From Candidatus Nomurabacteria bacterium (lineage in GTDB: Bacteria > Patescibacteriota > Minisyncoccia > Phycocordibacterales > UBA918), in NCBI GenBank assembly GCA_020632095.1, contig JACKGF010000001.1, positions 866,713-930,712 on the forward strand: DNA of 64,000 nucleotides, in the 5' to 3' direction. Position 1 is the first letter of the stretch. Each line of letters starts with the position of its first letter. Under the pieces are notes generated by a model. That model saw nothing but the letters and a program-made list of their open reading frames with translations. It did no database searches and was not told the DNA's origin. Positions 1 to 10,578 of the stretch are shown here, one piece after another. Position numbers and translations under genes: made by a program.

Positions 1-711
1 GTGAATATTTCTACTATTGAAGACCCGATTGAATACCAAATGGCGCGGGTTAATCAGTCACAGGTAAAACCAGAAATTGGCTTTACTTTTGCGGCTGGCT
101 TGCGTTCACTAATGCGTCAGGATCCAGATGTGATTATGGTAGGTGAGATTCGAGATGAAGAAACAGCTAGTCTGGCTATTAATGCGGCCTTGACTGGTCA
201 CTTAGTGCTGGCCACTATTCACACTAACTCAGCGGCCGGCACGATTGCACGATTGGTCGATATGGGAGCTGAGACTTTTCTCCTTGTGTCTACCTTACGA
301 GTAGCGGTAGGTCAGCGGTTGGTACGTAAGCTCTGTGCTGATAAATTACCTTATATTCTTACTAAGGCTGAGCGCGATGAATTGGGTGAAAAGGTCGATA
401 TGGACCATGTACTCGGTGTGTTGAGAGAGGAAGGAATCGTGAAGAAAGATGCTACTTGGAATGATATTTCTTTTTATCATCCTAAAGAAAGAGGTGAATC
501 AGAAGATGGCTATAAGGGCCGAATGGGTATTCATGAGGTGTTGGAAATATCGCACACCTTGAAGGATATGGTGATGGCTGGAAAGACTGGAGATGAGATT
601 GAGGCTCAGGCTCGAAAAGAAGGAATGCTTACTATGTTGGAGGACGGAATATTTAAAGCGGCGCAAGGTATGACCAGTGTTGAAGAAGTATTACGAGTAA
701 TTAGCGAATAA
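1..711 (+). CDS. pilB: Type IV pilus assembly ATPase, PilB/GspE family, C-terminal part (5' end cut by window edge)
   Basis: Translation shows the GspE/PilB C-terminal region (…[10 protein letters not shown]…, [24 protein letters not shown]) and lies immediately upstream of pilC. Confidence 0.8.
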   Translation: MNISTIEDPIEYQMARVNQSQVKPEIGFTFAAGLRSLMRQDPDVIMVGEIRDEETASLAINAALTGHLVLATIHTNSAAGTIARLVDMGAETFLLVSTLRVAVGQRLVRKLCADKLPYILTKAERDELGEKVDMDHVLGVLREEGIVKKDATWNDISFYHPKERGESEDGYKGRMGIHEVLEISHTLKDMVMAGKTGDEIEAQARKEGMLTMLEDGIFKAAQGMTSVEEVLRVISE

Positions 712-715
712 AACT

Positions 716-1945
716 ATGCCAACATTTACCTACACTGGAGAAGATAGTGAAGGGAACACTGTGAAGAACTCGGTTACTACCGAAGATAGGTTTGGTGTAT
801 ATGCTGAGGCTCGCAAGCTTGGTCATACTGTAAGTAAGATTAAGGGTGGGTCTGGTTTCAGTTTGAGCGAAAAGTTTGACATGGAGAAGATTAACTACAT
901 GCTCAGTCGAGTTAAGAGTGATGAGTTGGTGATGGTGACTAGAAACCTTGGCTCCATGCTTACAGCTGGTTTAACCGTATCACGAGCCCTGTCGGTGATT
1001 GAGCGTCAGAGTGCAAATCCGCGTTTGAAAGGAGTTATTAAGAGGGTGATTGAGCGTATCAATCAAGGTGATTCTTTCTACGAAAGTCTTAAAGAATTTC
1101 CAGAAGTTTTTAATGATTTGTATGTCGCGATGATTAAAGCGGGTGAGGAAAGTGGTAACTTGGCTGAATCACTCAGAACACTAGCGGTGCAGATGGAGCG
1201 TTCTAGTAATTTGATAAAAAAAATCAAGGGCGCCATGATTTACCCGACAATCGTGGTGACAGTGATGTTTATCATCGGTGTATTGATGATGATTTATGTA
1301 ATTCCAGCTATAACTGATGTATTTAAAGGTATGGACAAGGAGCTGCCAGCAACGACACAGCTCCTCATAAACACTAGTGATTTTTTGGTCAATCACACCA
1401 TACTAGCTGTCGGTGGAATGATTGGAATAGTGGTAGGTTTTATTTATTTACTACGTACAAAGTGGGGTAAAATTGCTACTTCTTGGATTGTGGTTCGGTT
1501 GCCAGTGATCGGTACTTTAGCCAAGGAAACAAACTCAGCTCGAACTGCTAGAACACTTTCTTCCTTATTAAACTCGGGAGTAGATGTAATTCAGTCAATT
1601 GATATTACTGAGGAGGTGATTCAAAATGTATTTTATAAAGAAATCTTGCGTGAGGCGTCAAGGCGGGTAGAGAAAGGAACAGCTCTATCTGAGACCTTTA
1701 TTGAGAGAAAAGATTTATATCCAATACTGGTTGGTGAAATGATCATGGTTGGTGAAGAGACTGGGCAAATTGCTGGTATGTTGGGAGAGCTGGCGATATT
1801 TTATGAAACAGAAGTGGAGAGAAAAACCAAAGACTTGTCTTCCATCATCGAACCATTGCTGATGGTGGCGATTGGTGCTGGGGTTGGATTTTTCGCTCTA
1901 GCCCTAATAGCACCAATTTACTCTCTCTCAGACAGTATAAAATAA
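716..1945 (+). CDS. pilC: Type IV pilus inner-membrane platform protein PilC (GspF family)
   Basis: 409 aa with a duplicated GspF-like domain and 3 TM segments; spacing to pilB is 4 bp. Confidence 0.85.
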   Translation: MPTFTYTGEDSEGNTVKNSVTTEDRFGVYAEARKLGHTVSKIKGGSGFSLSEKFDMEKINYMLSRVKSDELVMVTRNLGSMLTAGLTVSRALSVIERQSANPRLKGVIKRVIERINQGDSFYESLKEFPEVFNDLYVAMIKAGEESGNLAESLRTLAVQMERSSNLIKKIKGAMIYPTIVVTVMFIIGVLMMIYVIPAITDVFKGMDKELPATTQLLINTSDFLVNHTILAVGGMIGIVVGFIYLLRTKWGKIATSWIVVRLPVIGTLAKETNSARTARTLSSLLNSGVDVIQSIDITEEVIQNVFYKEILREASRRVEKGTALSETFIERKDLYPILVGEMIMVGEETGQIAGMLGELAIFYETEVERKTKDLSSIIEPLLMVAIGAGVGFFALALIAPIYSLSDSIK

Positions 1946-1951
1946 TAGTTT

Positions 1952-3709
1952 ATGAAAAAAATAAACACCATTCAGTCTGGGTTCACTCTCGTCGAGGTGA
2001 TTATCGTTTCTGCAATTAGTGTGCTTATTTTTGTAGCTCTATTTGGTTCTTTCCATTATTCGCTACAACTGATTAATAATTATCGGGCAAAGCTATCAGC
2101 TCTTTCGGTCGCGAACGATAGGATGGAATATTTCCGGTCACTTCCTTATGACAGTGTGGGTGTCGTTGCTGGATATCCGGCAGGTACTGTTCCACAAAAT
2201 AGCACAACTTCTCTAAATGGTATTGATTTTAGTGAACGAGTACGAATTGACTATGTCGATGACCCTAGTGACGGTATTGGAGCAGCTGATACCAACGGTA
2301 TTATTTTGGATTATAAACGTGTTCGTTTAGAGTATGTTTGGGAAATATCAGGGGCAACCTCAAGTATTGCAATTGTTAGTAATATAGTACCGCGTTCAAT
2401 TGAATCGACATTAGGTGGGGGAACAGCTAGGATAAATGTGTTAGACGCGGACTCCTCTTTATTGGCTGGAGCGGCAGTGAGAATGTTTAGTTCTAGTAGT
2501 ACTTTTTCGTATGATGTTACAAATTACACGGATAGTTCTGGAGCAGCGCTATTCAATGTGCCGGCGGATAGCGGATATCAGGTTGAGGTAACAGCTAGTA
2601 TTGCTGGAAAACAATATTCAACAGCTAAAACTTATGTAGCAACAACTTCTAATCCTAATCCTACAGTAGCTCCTTTTGCTGTACTTGAGTCTGATATTTC
2701 AACTTTAACTTTCCAGATTGGTGAGCTGAGTGACTTAAAACTCAAAACCTATTCAAATTTAGTCTCTGGTTCATTGGTTGAGGAGTTTCTTGATATGGCC
2801 GGCGTTGCTAGTTCTACCGAAGTAGAAAGCGATACAAACAATCTTGTTTTAACTAATACTCTTGGTGTTTATGATACAGCTGGGATTGCTTATCTGAACA
2901 ATGTTACTCCAGTAACTATTTTTGGCTGGGAAACAGTCAGGGTGGCGGTTGATTTGCCTACGAACACTTCACATAAAGTACAATTTTTCACTGGTGTAGA
3001 TGGTGGACCTTATACTTTGATTCCGGATAGTGCCTTGTCAGGTAACACAACAGGATTTACTGCGACAATTATTGATATTAGTGAATTGGACGAAGTTTCT
3101 TATCCTTCAATTGTGGTTGGGGTAACATTAAGCACTGCCGATACAAGTGTGACTCCATCACTTGATGAGATTGGTGTTTATTACCGAGAAAGCGCTACAG
3201 TTATGGCCAGTGCAGGTTTGGACATTCAAGGTAATAAGATTATTGGTACAGATGCCAGTACACAACCCATATATAAATATGCAAATTCAGTTACGACTGA
3301 TGGTTCTGGTGAAGTTGTTCTGACTGACATGGAGTTTGATACCTATACAATTACTCCGGTTGGATCTTATGATATAGCTTCAGCTTGTACTTCTCATCCA
3401 ATAATTCATAAAGCCGGAATTGATACTGAATCCGAAATACTACTTTTAGCTAATGCGGTTAATACTTTGAGAGTCGAGGTGGTTAATTCTATAGGTCAAA
3501 CAATTCCAGGGATTGATGTAAATTTAACTCGTTCAGGGTACAACACATCACAAGAAACAGATGTCTGTGGTCAAAGTTTTTTTACAGGAGGATTGAGTGA
3601 TGATTCAGATTATGTTTTAACAGTGTCCGGAGTTGGCTATATAACTCAGATAGTTAATCCGTTCACTGTTAGTGGAGATACTGTCATGCAGATAATTTTG
3701 GCAGAGTAA
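1952..3709 (+). CDS. Large type IV pilin-like protein (prepilin-type N-terminal cleavage/methylation motif)
   Basis: N-terminus …QSG|FTLVEVIIV… followed by a hydrophobic helix matches the class III signal (G|FxxxE); 585 aa with a Thr/Ser-rich C-terminal region. Confidence 0.65.
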   Translation: MKKINTIQSGFTLVEVIIVSAISVLIFVALFGSFHYSLQLINNYRAKLSALSVANDRMEYFRSLPYDSVGVVAGYPAGTVPQNSTTSLNGIDFSERVRIDYVDDPSDGIGAADTNGIILDYKRVRLEYVWEISGATSSIAIVSNIVPRSIESTLGGGTARINVLDADSSLLAGAAVRMFSSSSTFSYDVTNYTDSSGAALFNVPADSGYQVEVTASIAGKQYSTAKTYVATTSNPNPTVAPFAVLESDISTLTFQIGELSDLKLKTYSNLVSGSLVEEFLDMAGVASSTEVESDTNNLVLTNTLGVYDTAGIAYLNNVTPVTIFGWETVRVAVDLPTNTSHKVQFFTGVDGGPYTLIPDSALSGNTTGFTATIIDISELDEVSYPSIVVGVTLSTADTSVTPSLDEIGVYYRESATVMASAGLDIQGNKIIGTDASTQPIYKYANSVTTDGSGEVVLTDMEFDTYTITPVGSYDIASACTSHPIIHKAGIDTESEILLLANAVNTLRVEVVNSIGQTIPGIDVNLTRSGYNTSQETDVCGQSFFTGGLSDDSDYVLTVSGVGYITQIVNPFTVSGDTVMQIILAE

Positions 3710-3714
3710 TAAAT

Positions 3715-4332
3715 ATGAATTTACATTTTCACAATTCCAAACAATTAGGAATGACATTGGTTGAGATGGTGGTTGTGATTGGTATTTACACTATTTTATC
3801 TTTAGCTATCACTACTAGTATTACTAATCTTTATAAAAACAATTCATATGCTATTGAGCAGTCCGAGGAGGTGGATAATGCAAGAAAAGGAATAACACAA
3901 TGGAATCGAGACGTTAAGGAAATGACTACCGCTGAAGACGGCACTTTCCCGCTAGTTGTTATTGATGAGAACCATTTAGGCTACTTTAGTGATACTGATC
4001 AAGATGCAAATGTAGAGTATGTAGAATATATTCTTTCCACTACGACCTTAAAAAAGTTTACATATAATCCAACTGGTTCACCTGCGGTATATAATTTTAG
4101 TTCTCCTGACTCTGAAGAAATACTTTCTGAGTACGTAAGAAATATTAGTCAATCAGTACCTACCTTTACGTATTTTGATAACTCTGGAAATCAATTGAAT
4201 TCCGCTTCGCCCATTTTGGATGTGCGTTATATTAAGGCTCAAATTATTGTTAATATCGATCCAGTAAGGTCACCGGGGGAGTTTATGCTCATGTCTAGTG
4301 TTGCACCACGTAACTTAAAGGATAATCTATAG
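3715..4332 (+). CDS. Minor pilin-like protein with prepilin N-terminus
   Basis: …KQLG|MTLVEMVVVIGI… is a prepilin cleavage/methylation motif; the gene sits in an operon with pilB/pilC. Confidence 0.6.
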   Translation: MNLHFHNSKQLGMTLVEMVVVIGIYTILSLAITTSITNLYKNNSYAIEQSEEVDNARKGITQWNRDVKEMTTAEDGTFPLVVIDENHLGYFSDTDQDANVEYVEYILSTTTLKKFTYNPTGSPAVYNFSSPDSEEILSEYVRNISQSVPTFTYFDNSGNQLNSASPILDVRYIKAQIIVNIDPVRSPGEFMLMSSVAPRNLKDNL

Positions 4333-4337
4333 TAAAT

Positions 4338-5768
4338 ATGAATAATTTATATTCTAGAAAAAAGAATCATTCGTCAGGGTATTTGCTCGTGTTAGTTCTG
4401 GTGATGGGTAGTGTATTTTTAATTATAATAAGTAACTTCATTGGATTCGTGGTGACGCAAAATCAATTAGTTAACTTCAGGTTTGAGCAGCAACGAGCAA
4501 CTGAAATTGCAGAAGCCGGATTAAATTACTATAAGTGGCATTTAGCTCATTACCCAGGTGATATTCAAGATGGTACAGGTTTACCTGGACCATATGTTCA
4601 TCAGTACACTGATCCAGAAGACGGAGTAATTGGTGAATTTTCTTTAGATATTGACAGCTCAACTTATTGTGGAGACATATCTTCGATTGATGTTAAGTCG
4701 ACAGCATTTACATACGCAGAACCAGATGCGGTAAGTAGTGTTGGTGCTAAGTATACTAGGCCGACGGTGGCGGATTATTCGTTTATAACAAACGGTAGTA
4801 CTTGGTATGGTTCGGATAGAGTAATTTATGGCCCATTACACTCAAATCAAGGGATTCGGATGGATGGAGAAAACAACTCTTCGGTTGGAAGTGGGCAGGC
4901 AAGTTGGACGTGTGATAGTTCTTTTGGATGTAGCCCAACTAAGACGGTTGATGGGGTCTATACTACTGGTTCGAATGCTACCCCTGGCCTATTCTCATTT
5001 CCTGTTTCCCCGATTGATTTTGCTGGATTGACTCTAGATTTGAGCGATATGAAAAATAGAGCTCAGAATAATGGAGGAATTTATTATGGTCCAACTACTG
5101 GTTATGGGTATAGAGTTATTTTTAACAGTAATGGCACCGTAAGTATTTATAGAGTAAATAACACTTACAATTACATTTCGTACAGTACGTATGAAGGTGA
5201 TCATTGGGGTGAGAGGAATGTGATCACTAGCCAGACTTTGTTAGCGACCAGAACCATTGATTCTAGTTGCCCCTTGTTGTTTTTTGAAGACAAAGTTTGG
5301 ATCGAGGGTGACATTAATCAAAAGGTTACAATAGCGGCAGCTGATTTAAATTCAAGTGCTCAGACAAATATTGTTATAGAAGGAGATGTGGACTATGTGT
5401 CAGGAACAAATGCAGGTTTACTAGCAATTGCAGAAGATGATATTGATATAGGGTTGACGGTACCTGATTATATGACTGTGAACGGAATTTACATTGCACA
5501 AAACGGTCGATTTGGTAGAAATCATTACAGTACTGGTCATTTAAGTTCATCTTATGATCAATATGTTAAACGAGAGTTACTTACCCGTACTGGCACAGTA
5601 GTGTCAAATGGAAGAGTAGGTACCAAATGGACTAGTTCGGGTAATTTTATTTCTGGTTTTAATAATCGTGTTACTTCCTTTGACTTAAACCAGGTTAATA
5701 GTCCACCACCGCTAACACCTCAAACTTCTGACGTTTATACCTTTAAGGATTGGCGGCAAGGGGGATAG
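4338..5768 (+). CDS. PilX-like pilus-associated protein (N-terminal TM helix, non-canonical prepilin motif)
   Basis: 476 aa with an N-terminal hydrophobic helix but no E at +5; last gene of the pilus operon before a terminator. Confidence 0.45.
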   Translation: MNNLYSRKKNHSSGYLLVLVLVMGSVFLIIISNFIGFVVTQNQLVNFRFEQQRATEIAEAGLNYYKWHLAHYPGDIQDGTGLPGPYVHQYTDPEDGVIGEFSLDIDSSTYCGDISSIDVKSTAFTYAEPDAVSSVGAKYTRPTVADYSFITNGSTWYGSDRVIYGPLHSNQGIRMDGENNSSVGSGQASWTCDSSFGCSPTKTVDGVYTTGSNATPGLFSFPVSPIDFAGLTLDLSDMKNRAQNNGGIYYGPTTGYGYRVIFNSNGTVSIYRVNNTYNYISYSTYEGDHWGERNVITSQTLLATRTIDSSCPLLFFEDKVWIEGDINQKVTIAAADLNSSAQTNIVIEGDVDYVSGTNAGLLAIAEDDIDIGLTVPDYMTVNGIYIAQNGRFGRNHYSTGHLSSSYDQYVKRELLTRTGTVVSNGRVGTKWTSSGNFISGFNNRVTSFDLNQVNSPPPLTPQTSDVYTFKDWRQGG

Positions 5769-5775
5769 GTTAAAA

Positions 5776-5806
5776 GGTGGCGAGCGATAGCTCGCCACCT
5801 TTTTTA
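5776..5806 (+). terminator. Rho-independent terminator of the pilus operon
   Basis: GGTGGCGAGC-gata-GCTCGCCACC hairpin followed by TTTTTT. Confidence 0.6.
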
Positions 5807-5836
5807 ATTAATATACTATAGGCACATTCACTTACC

Positions 5837-6613
5837 GTGATACAATTTTCTCATATGAAAAAAAATGTACCGTTGATTATTGGCAATTGGAAACTGAATC
5901 CGGTGACATTGTCAGAAGCAGCTTCGCTAGCTAGCGGAGTAGTTACTAAGTTAAAAAAAGAAACAGAAGCATTGGTTGTAGTTGCTCCCTCTTTCATTCA
6001 CCTACAAGAAGTGAAGAAGAAAATCAGCAAAAGCTTGATTGAGTTAGCAGCGCAAGACGTGTATTCCAAAAATATTGGTGCCCATACTGGCGAGGTGTCA
6101 ATTTTGCAACTGAAGGATCTGGGAGTATCAATGGTGATTGTTGGTCACTCCGAAAGACGAGCAATGGGTGAAACAAACAAAGAAGTTTGTCAGAAGGTGG
6201 TGACAATTTTAGCTCAAAAAATAACTCCAGTGGTTTGCGTTGGAGAGAGTGAGCGAGACGACCAAGGGAATTTCTTTACTTTTGTTGAGGAGCAGTTACG
6301 TAGTTTGTCTGAAGTGTTGGACACTACACAGATTAAAAAAGTGGTAATTGCTTACGAACCAATCTGGGCAATTGGAACCGGCAATACTGCGACTAACGAA
6401 GACGTTAAGGAAATGCAGCTTTTTATTGAAACGGTTTTGACAAAACTTTATGACAGAAATACTGCTAAGAAGGTCAAATTGATTTATGGTGGTTCGGTGA
6501 AAGCACACAATGCTGCTGAGCTTTACAAAGAAGGAGGAATGAGTGGATTTTTGGTGGGTGGTGCGAGTTTGAAAGCGGAAGAATTTTCGGAGATTGTAAA
6601 AGCTTGTAAGTAA
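5837..6613 (+). CDS. tpiA: Triose-phosphate isomerase
   Basis: TIM motifs IVGHSERR and AYEPIWAIGTG in a 258-aa protein. Confidence 0.9.
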   Translation: MIQFSHMKKNVPLIIGNWKLNPVTLSEAASLASGVVTKLKKETEALVVVAPSFIHLQEVKKKISKSLIELAAQDVYSKNIGAHTGEVSILQLKDLGVSMVIVGHSERRAMGETNKEVCQKVVTILAQKITPVVCVGESERDDQGNFFTFVEEQLRSLSEVLDTTQIKKVVIAYEPIWAIGTGNTATNEDVKEMQLFIETVLTKLYDRNTAKKVKLIYGGSVKAHNAAELYKEGGMSGFLVGGASLKAEEFSEIVKACK

Positions 6614-6619
6614 ATTGTT

Positions 6620-7723
6620 ATGAAAAAAATTACTGAAGTGGATGATTTGAAGGGTAAATATGTGTTGGTGAGGGCTTCTCTCAATATTCCACTTGATGAC
6701 GGAGAAGTAAGGAATTTGTTTCGACTCAACAGAGCTTTGCCGACACTTAGATATTTGCACGAACAAGGAGCAAAAGTAATTATCCTAAGTCATATCGGTC
6801 GTAAACCAGAAGAAACTCTCAAGCCAGTGTTTAATGAATTAGAGAAATATTTGCCCGTACATTGGGGAGGAGTTATTTGGGAGTCTGAATTTTGGGAACG
6901 GAGAAATTTGATGTCAAACGGAGATATTTTACTAGCTGAAAATTTACGACAGGACAAGCGCGAAGAAAATAATGACGAGTCACTCGTGAAGGAACTGGCC
7001 GAAATAGGAGAAATTTATGTCAATGACGCTTTTGCTGAAGCGCATCGTGAGCACGCTTCGACTTATGGATTAGCACAAAAACTTCCCGCTTACGCTGGAT
7101 TAACTCTGATTGAGGAAGTTAATGAATTATCCAAGGCCATGCAACCTACTTCGCCGTCACTGTTTCTGCTTGGGGGGGCTAAGTTTGAAACCAAGATGCC
7201 TTTGGTCGAAAAGTATCTAGAATTATATGATCGGGTATTTATTGGCGGCGCTTTGGCACATGATATTTTAAAAGCCCGCGGTCTTGAGGTGGGTCAATCA
7301 CTAGTGTCTGATATTTCTCTAGGGGAAGCCTCGTTTCTTCATAGTGAAAAACTTTTGTTACCGATTGATGTAATGGTGGAAGGAGTAAATGGAAAACAAA
7401 TAAAATCGGTCGATGAGGTTTTGCCAGACGAAAAGATCTTTGACTGTGGTCCGGCCACAGTGGCTATGTTGGCAGAATATATTCATGAAGCTAAGACTAT
7501 ACTATGGAATGGACCATTTGGCGTCTATGAATTTGGTTATAAAACGAGTACTGAAGCGACAGCTAAAAATATTGCTGAGTCTAAAGCATATTCTGTGGTA
7601 GGAGGAGGAGATACGGTGGCAGCTATTGAGAAATTGGGTATTAATGACAAGTTTGGGTTTTTGTCAGTGGGTGGCGGGGCGATGTTAGATTTTTTGGAAA
7701 AAAGGATCAACCTCGGTGATTGA
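6620..7723 (+). CDS. pgk: Phosphoglycerate kinase
   Basis: PGK N-terminal substrate-binding region and the C-terminal GGGA…LDxLE type ending; 6 bp after tpiA. Confidence 0.9.
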   Translation: MKKITEVDDLKGKYVLVRASLNIPLDDGEVRNLFRLNRALPTLRYLHEQGAKVIILSHIGRKPEETLKPVFNELEKYLPVHWGGVIWESEFWERRNLMSNGDILLAENLRQDKREENNDESLVKELAEIGEIYVNDAFAEAHREHASTYGLAQKLPAYAGLTLIEEVNELSKAMQPTSPSLFLLGGAKFETKMPLVEKYLELYDRVFIGGALAHDILKARGLEVGQSLVSDISLGEASFLHSEKLLLPIDVMVEGVNGKQIKSVDEVLPDEKIFDCGPATVAMLAEYIHEAKTILWNGPFGVYEFGYKTSTEATAKNIAESKAYSVVGGGDTVAAIEKLGINDKFGFLSVGGGAMLDFLEKRINLGD

Positions 7724-7734
7724 TTTGTTGGAGT

Positions 7735-7776
7735 AAAAAAACCGGCCCCTAGGCCCCTATGGGGCCGGCCGGTTTT
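7735..7776. terminator. Bidirectional palindromic terminator (pgk / HIT convergent pair)
   Basis: A-run, then CCGGCCCCTAGG…GGGGCCGGCCGG palindrome, then T-run. Confidence 0.55.
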
Positions 7777-7797
7777 CTAGTGTCTAGTCTAGAAAAA

Positions 7798-8211
7798 CTA
7801 TTTATTCAAACTCTCAATCAATTTGTCTTTAACAATTGGCACCTCATTAGGATTAAATTCACAATGCACAGCATGTTTAAAACTGCCGTCATTAGGAAAG
7901 CGCGGTATCACGTGCAGGTGAGTATGAAATACTTCCTGACCAGCGTCTGATCCATTGTTCATAATATAATTTACTCCTGTACAACCAAGGGTTGATTTCT
8001 GAGCTAGGGCAATTTTCTGAGCAATTTTAATCATATGGGCTAGTGTGTCGGGATTAGTTTCAGTGCCATCGATACTGGGTTCTTTTGGTATAACCAGGGT
8101 ATGACCAAGATTGATGGGTTTTATATCGAGAAAAACTAGCACGATATCATCTTCATAAATAATGTCGGCTGGAATTTCTCGGGCAATAATTTTAGAAAAA
8201 ATAGTAGTCAT
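7798..8211 (-). CDS. HIT family (histidine triad) nucleotide hydrolase
   Basis: HxHxHxx motif (FHTHLHVIPRF) in a 137-aa protein. Confidence 0.8.
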   Translation of the reverse strand: MTTIFSKIIAREIPADIIYEDDIVLVFLDIKPINLGHTLVIPKEPSIDGTETNPDTLAHMIKIAQKIALAQKSTLGCTGVNYIMNNGSDAGQEVFHTHLHVIPRFPNDGSFKHAVHCEFNPNEVPIVKDKLIESLNK

Positions 8212-8243
8212 ACGCTCTAAATGGTACCATACGAAATATCTCT

Positions 8244-9935
8244 ATGAAAACTTATCAGTTTCCCAACTCAAATAAAAACTATTCAGATACTGAACCAACC
8301 GCATCTCCTTTGTTAAATCAGTTGTTGTCGGCACGGGGTATTACTAAAATTAAAGAAGCAGAAGATTTTCTTAATCCAGACTACGAAACCCAACTCCACT
8401 TACCGGAATTGTTGAATGATATGGAGAAAGCGCGTAAGCGCATTGAGTCAGCGATGGAAGCCGGTGAAAAAATTGCGATTTTTAGTGACTACGATTGTGA
8501 CGGAATTCCCGGTGCTGTCGTGCTTCATGACTTTTTCAAAGCAGTGAAGTACAATTCTTTCCAAAACTACATCCCGCATCGTCACTATGAAGGTTTTGGG
8601 TTGAGTAACAAGGCGATTGATACATTGCAGGCTGATGGAGTCACTTTGATTATTACCATTGACTGTGGCACTTCAAATGTCGCTGCAGTGGCTTACGCTA
8701 AGGAACAAGGGATTGATGTGATTGTGACCGACCATCATGAACCAGAGGTTGTGTTGCCGGAAGCAGTGGCGGTAGTTAATCCCAAATTGGGTGGATACCC
8801 TTTTGCGGATTTGTGCGGTACCGGAGTCGTGTTTAAGTTGGTTCAGTCACTTTTAAATAACAAAGATTACGGAGTGAAGAAAGGTTTTGAAAAGTGGTGG
8901 TTGGACATGGTTGCGATAGCAACCGTGGCCGACATGGTGCCATTGCAAGGTGAGAATCGAGTATTGGCGTACTACGGTCTGCAGGTGTTACGTAAATCAC
9001 GTCGCCCCGGGCTACAGCAACTACTCAAAAAAGCGAAAGCCGATCAGCGCTATCTAACTGAAGATGATATTGGTTTTACCATTGGTCCACGCATTAACGC
9101 TGCTTCCCGCATGGATACACCAGAAGACGCATTTCATATGTTGTCTGAAACAGATTTAGTAAAAGCGAGCGAGCGAGTTGAACATCTCGAAAGGTTAAAC
9201 ACCGACCGCAAAAGTATGGTTGCATTAATGACCAAAGATTTACATAAACGAATGAAAACTCTGGAAGAGATTCCGGCCGTGGTAGTAATGGGAAATCCGG
9301 AATGGCGACCTTCGTTGGTTGGTTTAGCTGCCAACAAACTAGCTGAAGAATTAGGTCGGCCGGTTTTCTTGTGGGGGACTGACGGTAATGGCGTTTATAA
9401 AGGTTCTTGTCGCTCTGGCGGAGGGATTAGTGTGGTGAAGCTGATGCAGGCGACAGCCGAGGTTTTTCTGGAGTATGGAGGTCATCACGTGGCCGGTGGT
9501 TTTTCTGTTAAAGACAAGGACATCTTTACTTTTGGTACAGTTTTGACAAAAGCGGCTGAGGAATTGGGGGAGGAGGCTTTGATCAAAGAAGATATTGTGA
9601 TTGATGCTGAGATTCAACTGGCGGATATCAATCCTTTGTTAATTGAACAGCTCAACAAACTTTCACCTTTTGGTACGGGTAATCACAAACCGTTATTTGC
9701 TTTTATGGAAGTGACTCCAGAATCAGTGGAATTGTTTGGTAAGACAAAAGAGCATACCAAGCTAATGTTTCAAACTGAACAGGGTAAAATAGAAGCGATT
9801 GCATTTTTTCAAACTCCGGAACAATTCACTAAGTTGCCAGTGGCGGGAGAAACTTGCACGATGATTGGTCATGTTGAGCAGTCATACTTTATGAATCGAA
9901 TGCAGACGAGGGTGAGAATAGTGGATGTACTTTAG
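8244..9935 (+). CDS. recJ: Single-stranded-DNA-specific exonuclease RecJ
   Basis: DHH family motifs (DYDCDGI, VIVTDHHEP) and the DHHA1 region; 563 aa. Confidence 0.85.
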   Translation: MKTYQFPNSNKNYSDTEPTASPLLNQLLSARGITKIKEAEDFLNPDYETQLHLPELLNDMEKARKRIESAMEAGEKIAIFSDYDCDGIPGAVVLHDFFKAVKYNSFQNYIPHRHYEGFGLSNKAIDTLQADGVTLIITIDCGTSNVAAVAYAKEQGIDVIVTDHHEPEVVLPEAVAVVNPKLGGYPFADLCGTGVVFKLVQSLLNNKDYGVKKGFEKWWLDMVAIATVADMVPLQGENRVLAYYGLQVLRKSRRPGLQQLLKKAKADQRYLTEDDIGFTIGPRINAASRMDTPEDAFHMLSETDLVKASERVEHLERLNTDRKSMVALMTKDLHKRMKTLEEIPAVVVMGNPEWRPSLVGLAANKLAEELGRPVFLWGTDGNGVYKGSCRSGGGISVVKLMQATAEVFLEYGGHHVAGGFSVKDKDIFTFGTVLTKAAEELGEEALIKEDIVIDAEIQLADINPLLIEQLNKLSPFGTGNHKPLFAFMEVTPESVELFGKTKEHTKLMFQTEQGKIEAIAFFQTPEQFTKLPVAGETCTMIGHVEQSYFMNRMQTRVRIVDVL

Positions 9936-10012
9936 TAATAATTTATAGCTCAAAAATTTGAATCAATTGTCAATTGTTACAGCAGAGCGTTTTTGTGTTA
10001 GGCTGACTGTAT

Positions 10013-10429
10013 ATGGGGAAAATTACTGTTTATACTAAAGGAGTTTCGCAAGGTGATCCAGGACCAGCTACGATTGGGGCCTACATAGTGGATGAAAAGA
10101 ATAATGTTGTTAAAGAGGTGTCTGAAAATATAGGTAACGCTACCGACAATTTTGCTGAATACATGGCGGTTTTGCGTGGTTTGCAGACGGTGGTGGATTT
10201 ATACAAAGAAAAGGCTAAAGACATAGAGTTTGAGTTCAAGTTAAGTAGTGAGTTTGTAAAGAAACAGCTGGTAGGGGATTCGCCAATAATAGATCCTGGA
10301 CTCGTGCCGTATTTTATTGAGATTCATAATATGCAGATAACTAATGCGTTGACTGTGACTTATACTCTTGTATCAAAAAAGAAAAATATAGAAGCAAATA
10401 GGCTAGTGAAGGAGGCAGTGAACATTTAA
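10013..10429 (+). CDS. RNase H-like (RVT_3-type) domain protein
   Basis: The NxAEYxAL motif (DNFAEYMAVLRGL) and overall RNase HI-like layout are present; canonical acidic residues appear substituted (my by-eye alignment). Confidence 0.45.
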   Translation: MGKITVYTKGVSQGDPGPATIGAYIVDEKNNVVKEVSENIGNATDNFAEYMAVLRGLQTVVDLYKEKAKDIEFEFKLSSEFVKKQLVGDSPIIDPGLVPYFIEIHNMQITNALTVTYTLVSKKKNIEANRLVKEAVNI

Positions 10430-10578
10430 TTTCATTGACTGAAAATTTTTCGGTGGTACACTCAAAACCGGAACTCACAAATGGTGAGTGTAGTCGGTAC
10501 TAAAATGGAATACTTCGCATTTTCTTTAAGCGAAGTGTTGGTTAAGTAGTTGTATTCAATCTTGAAGGGAAAAAAGTA

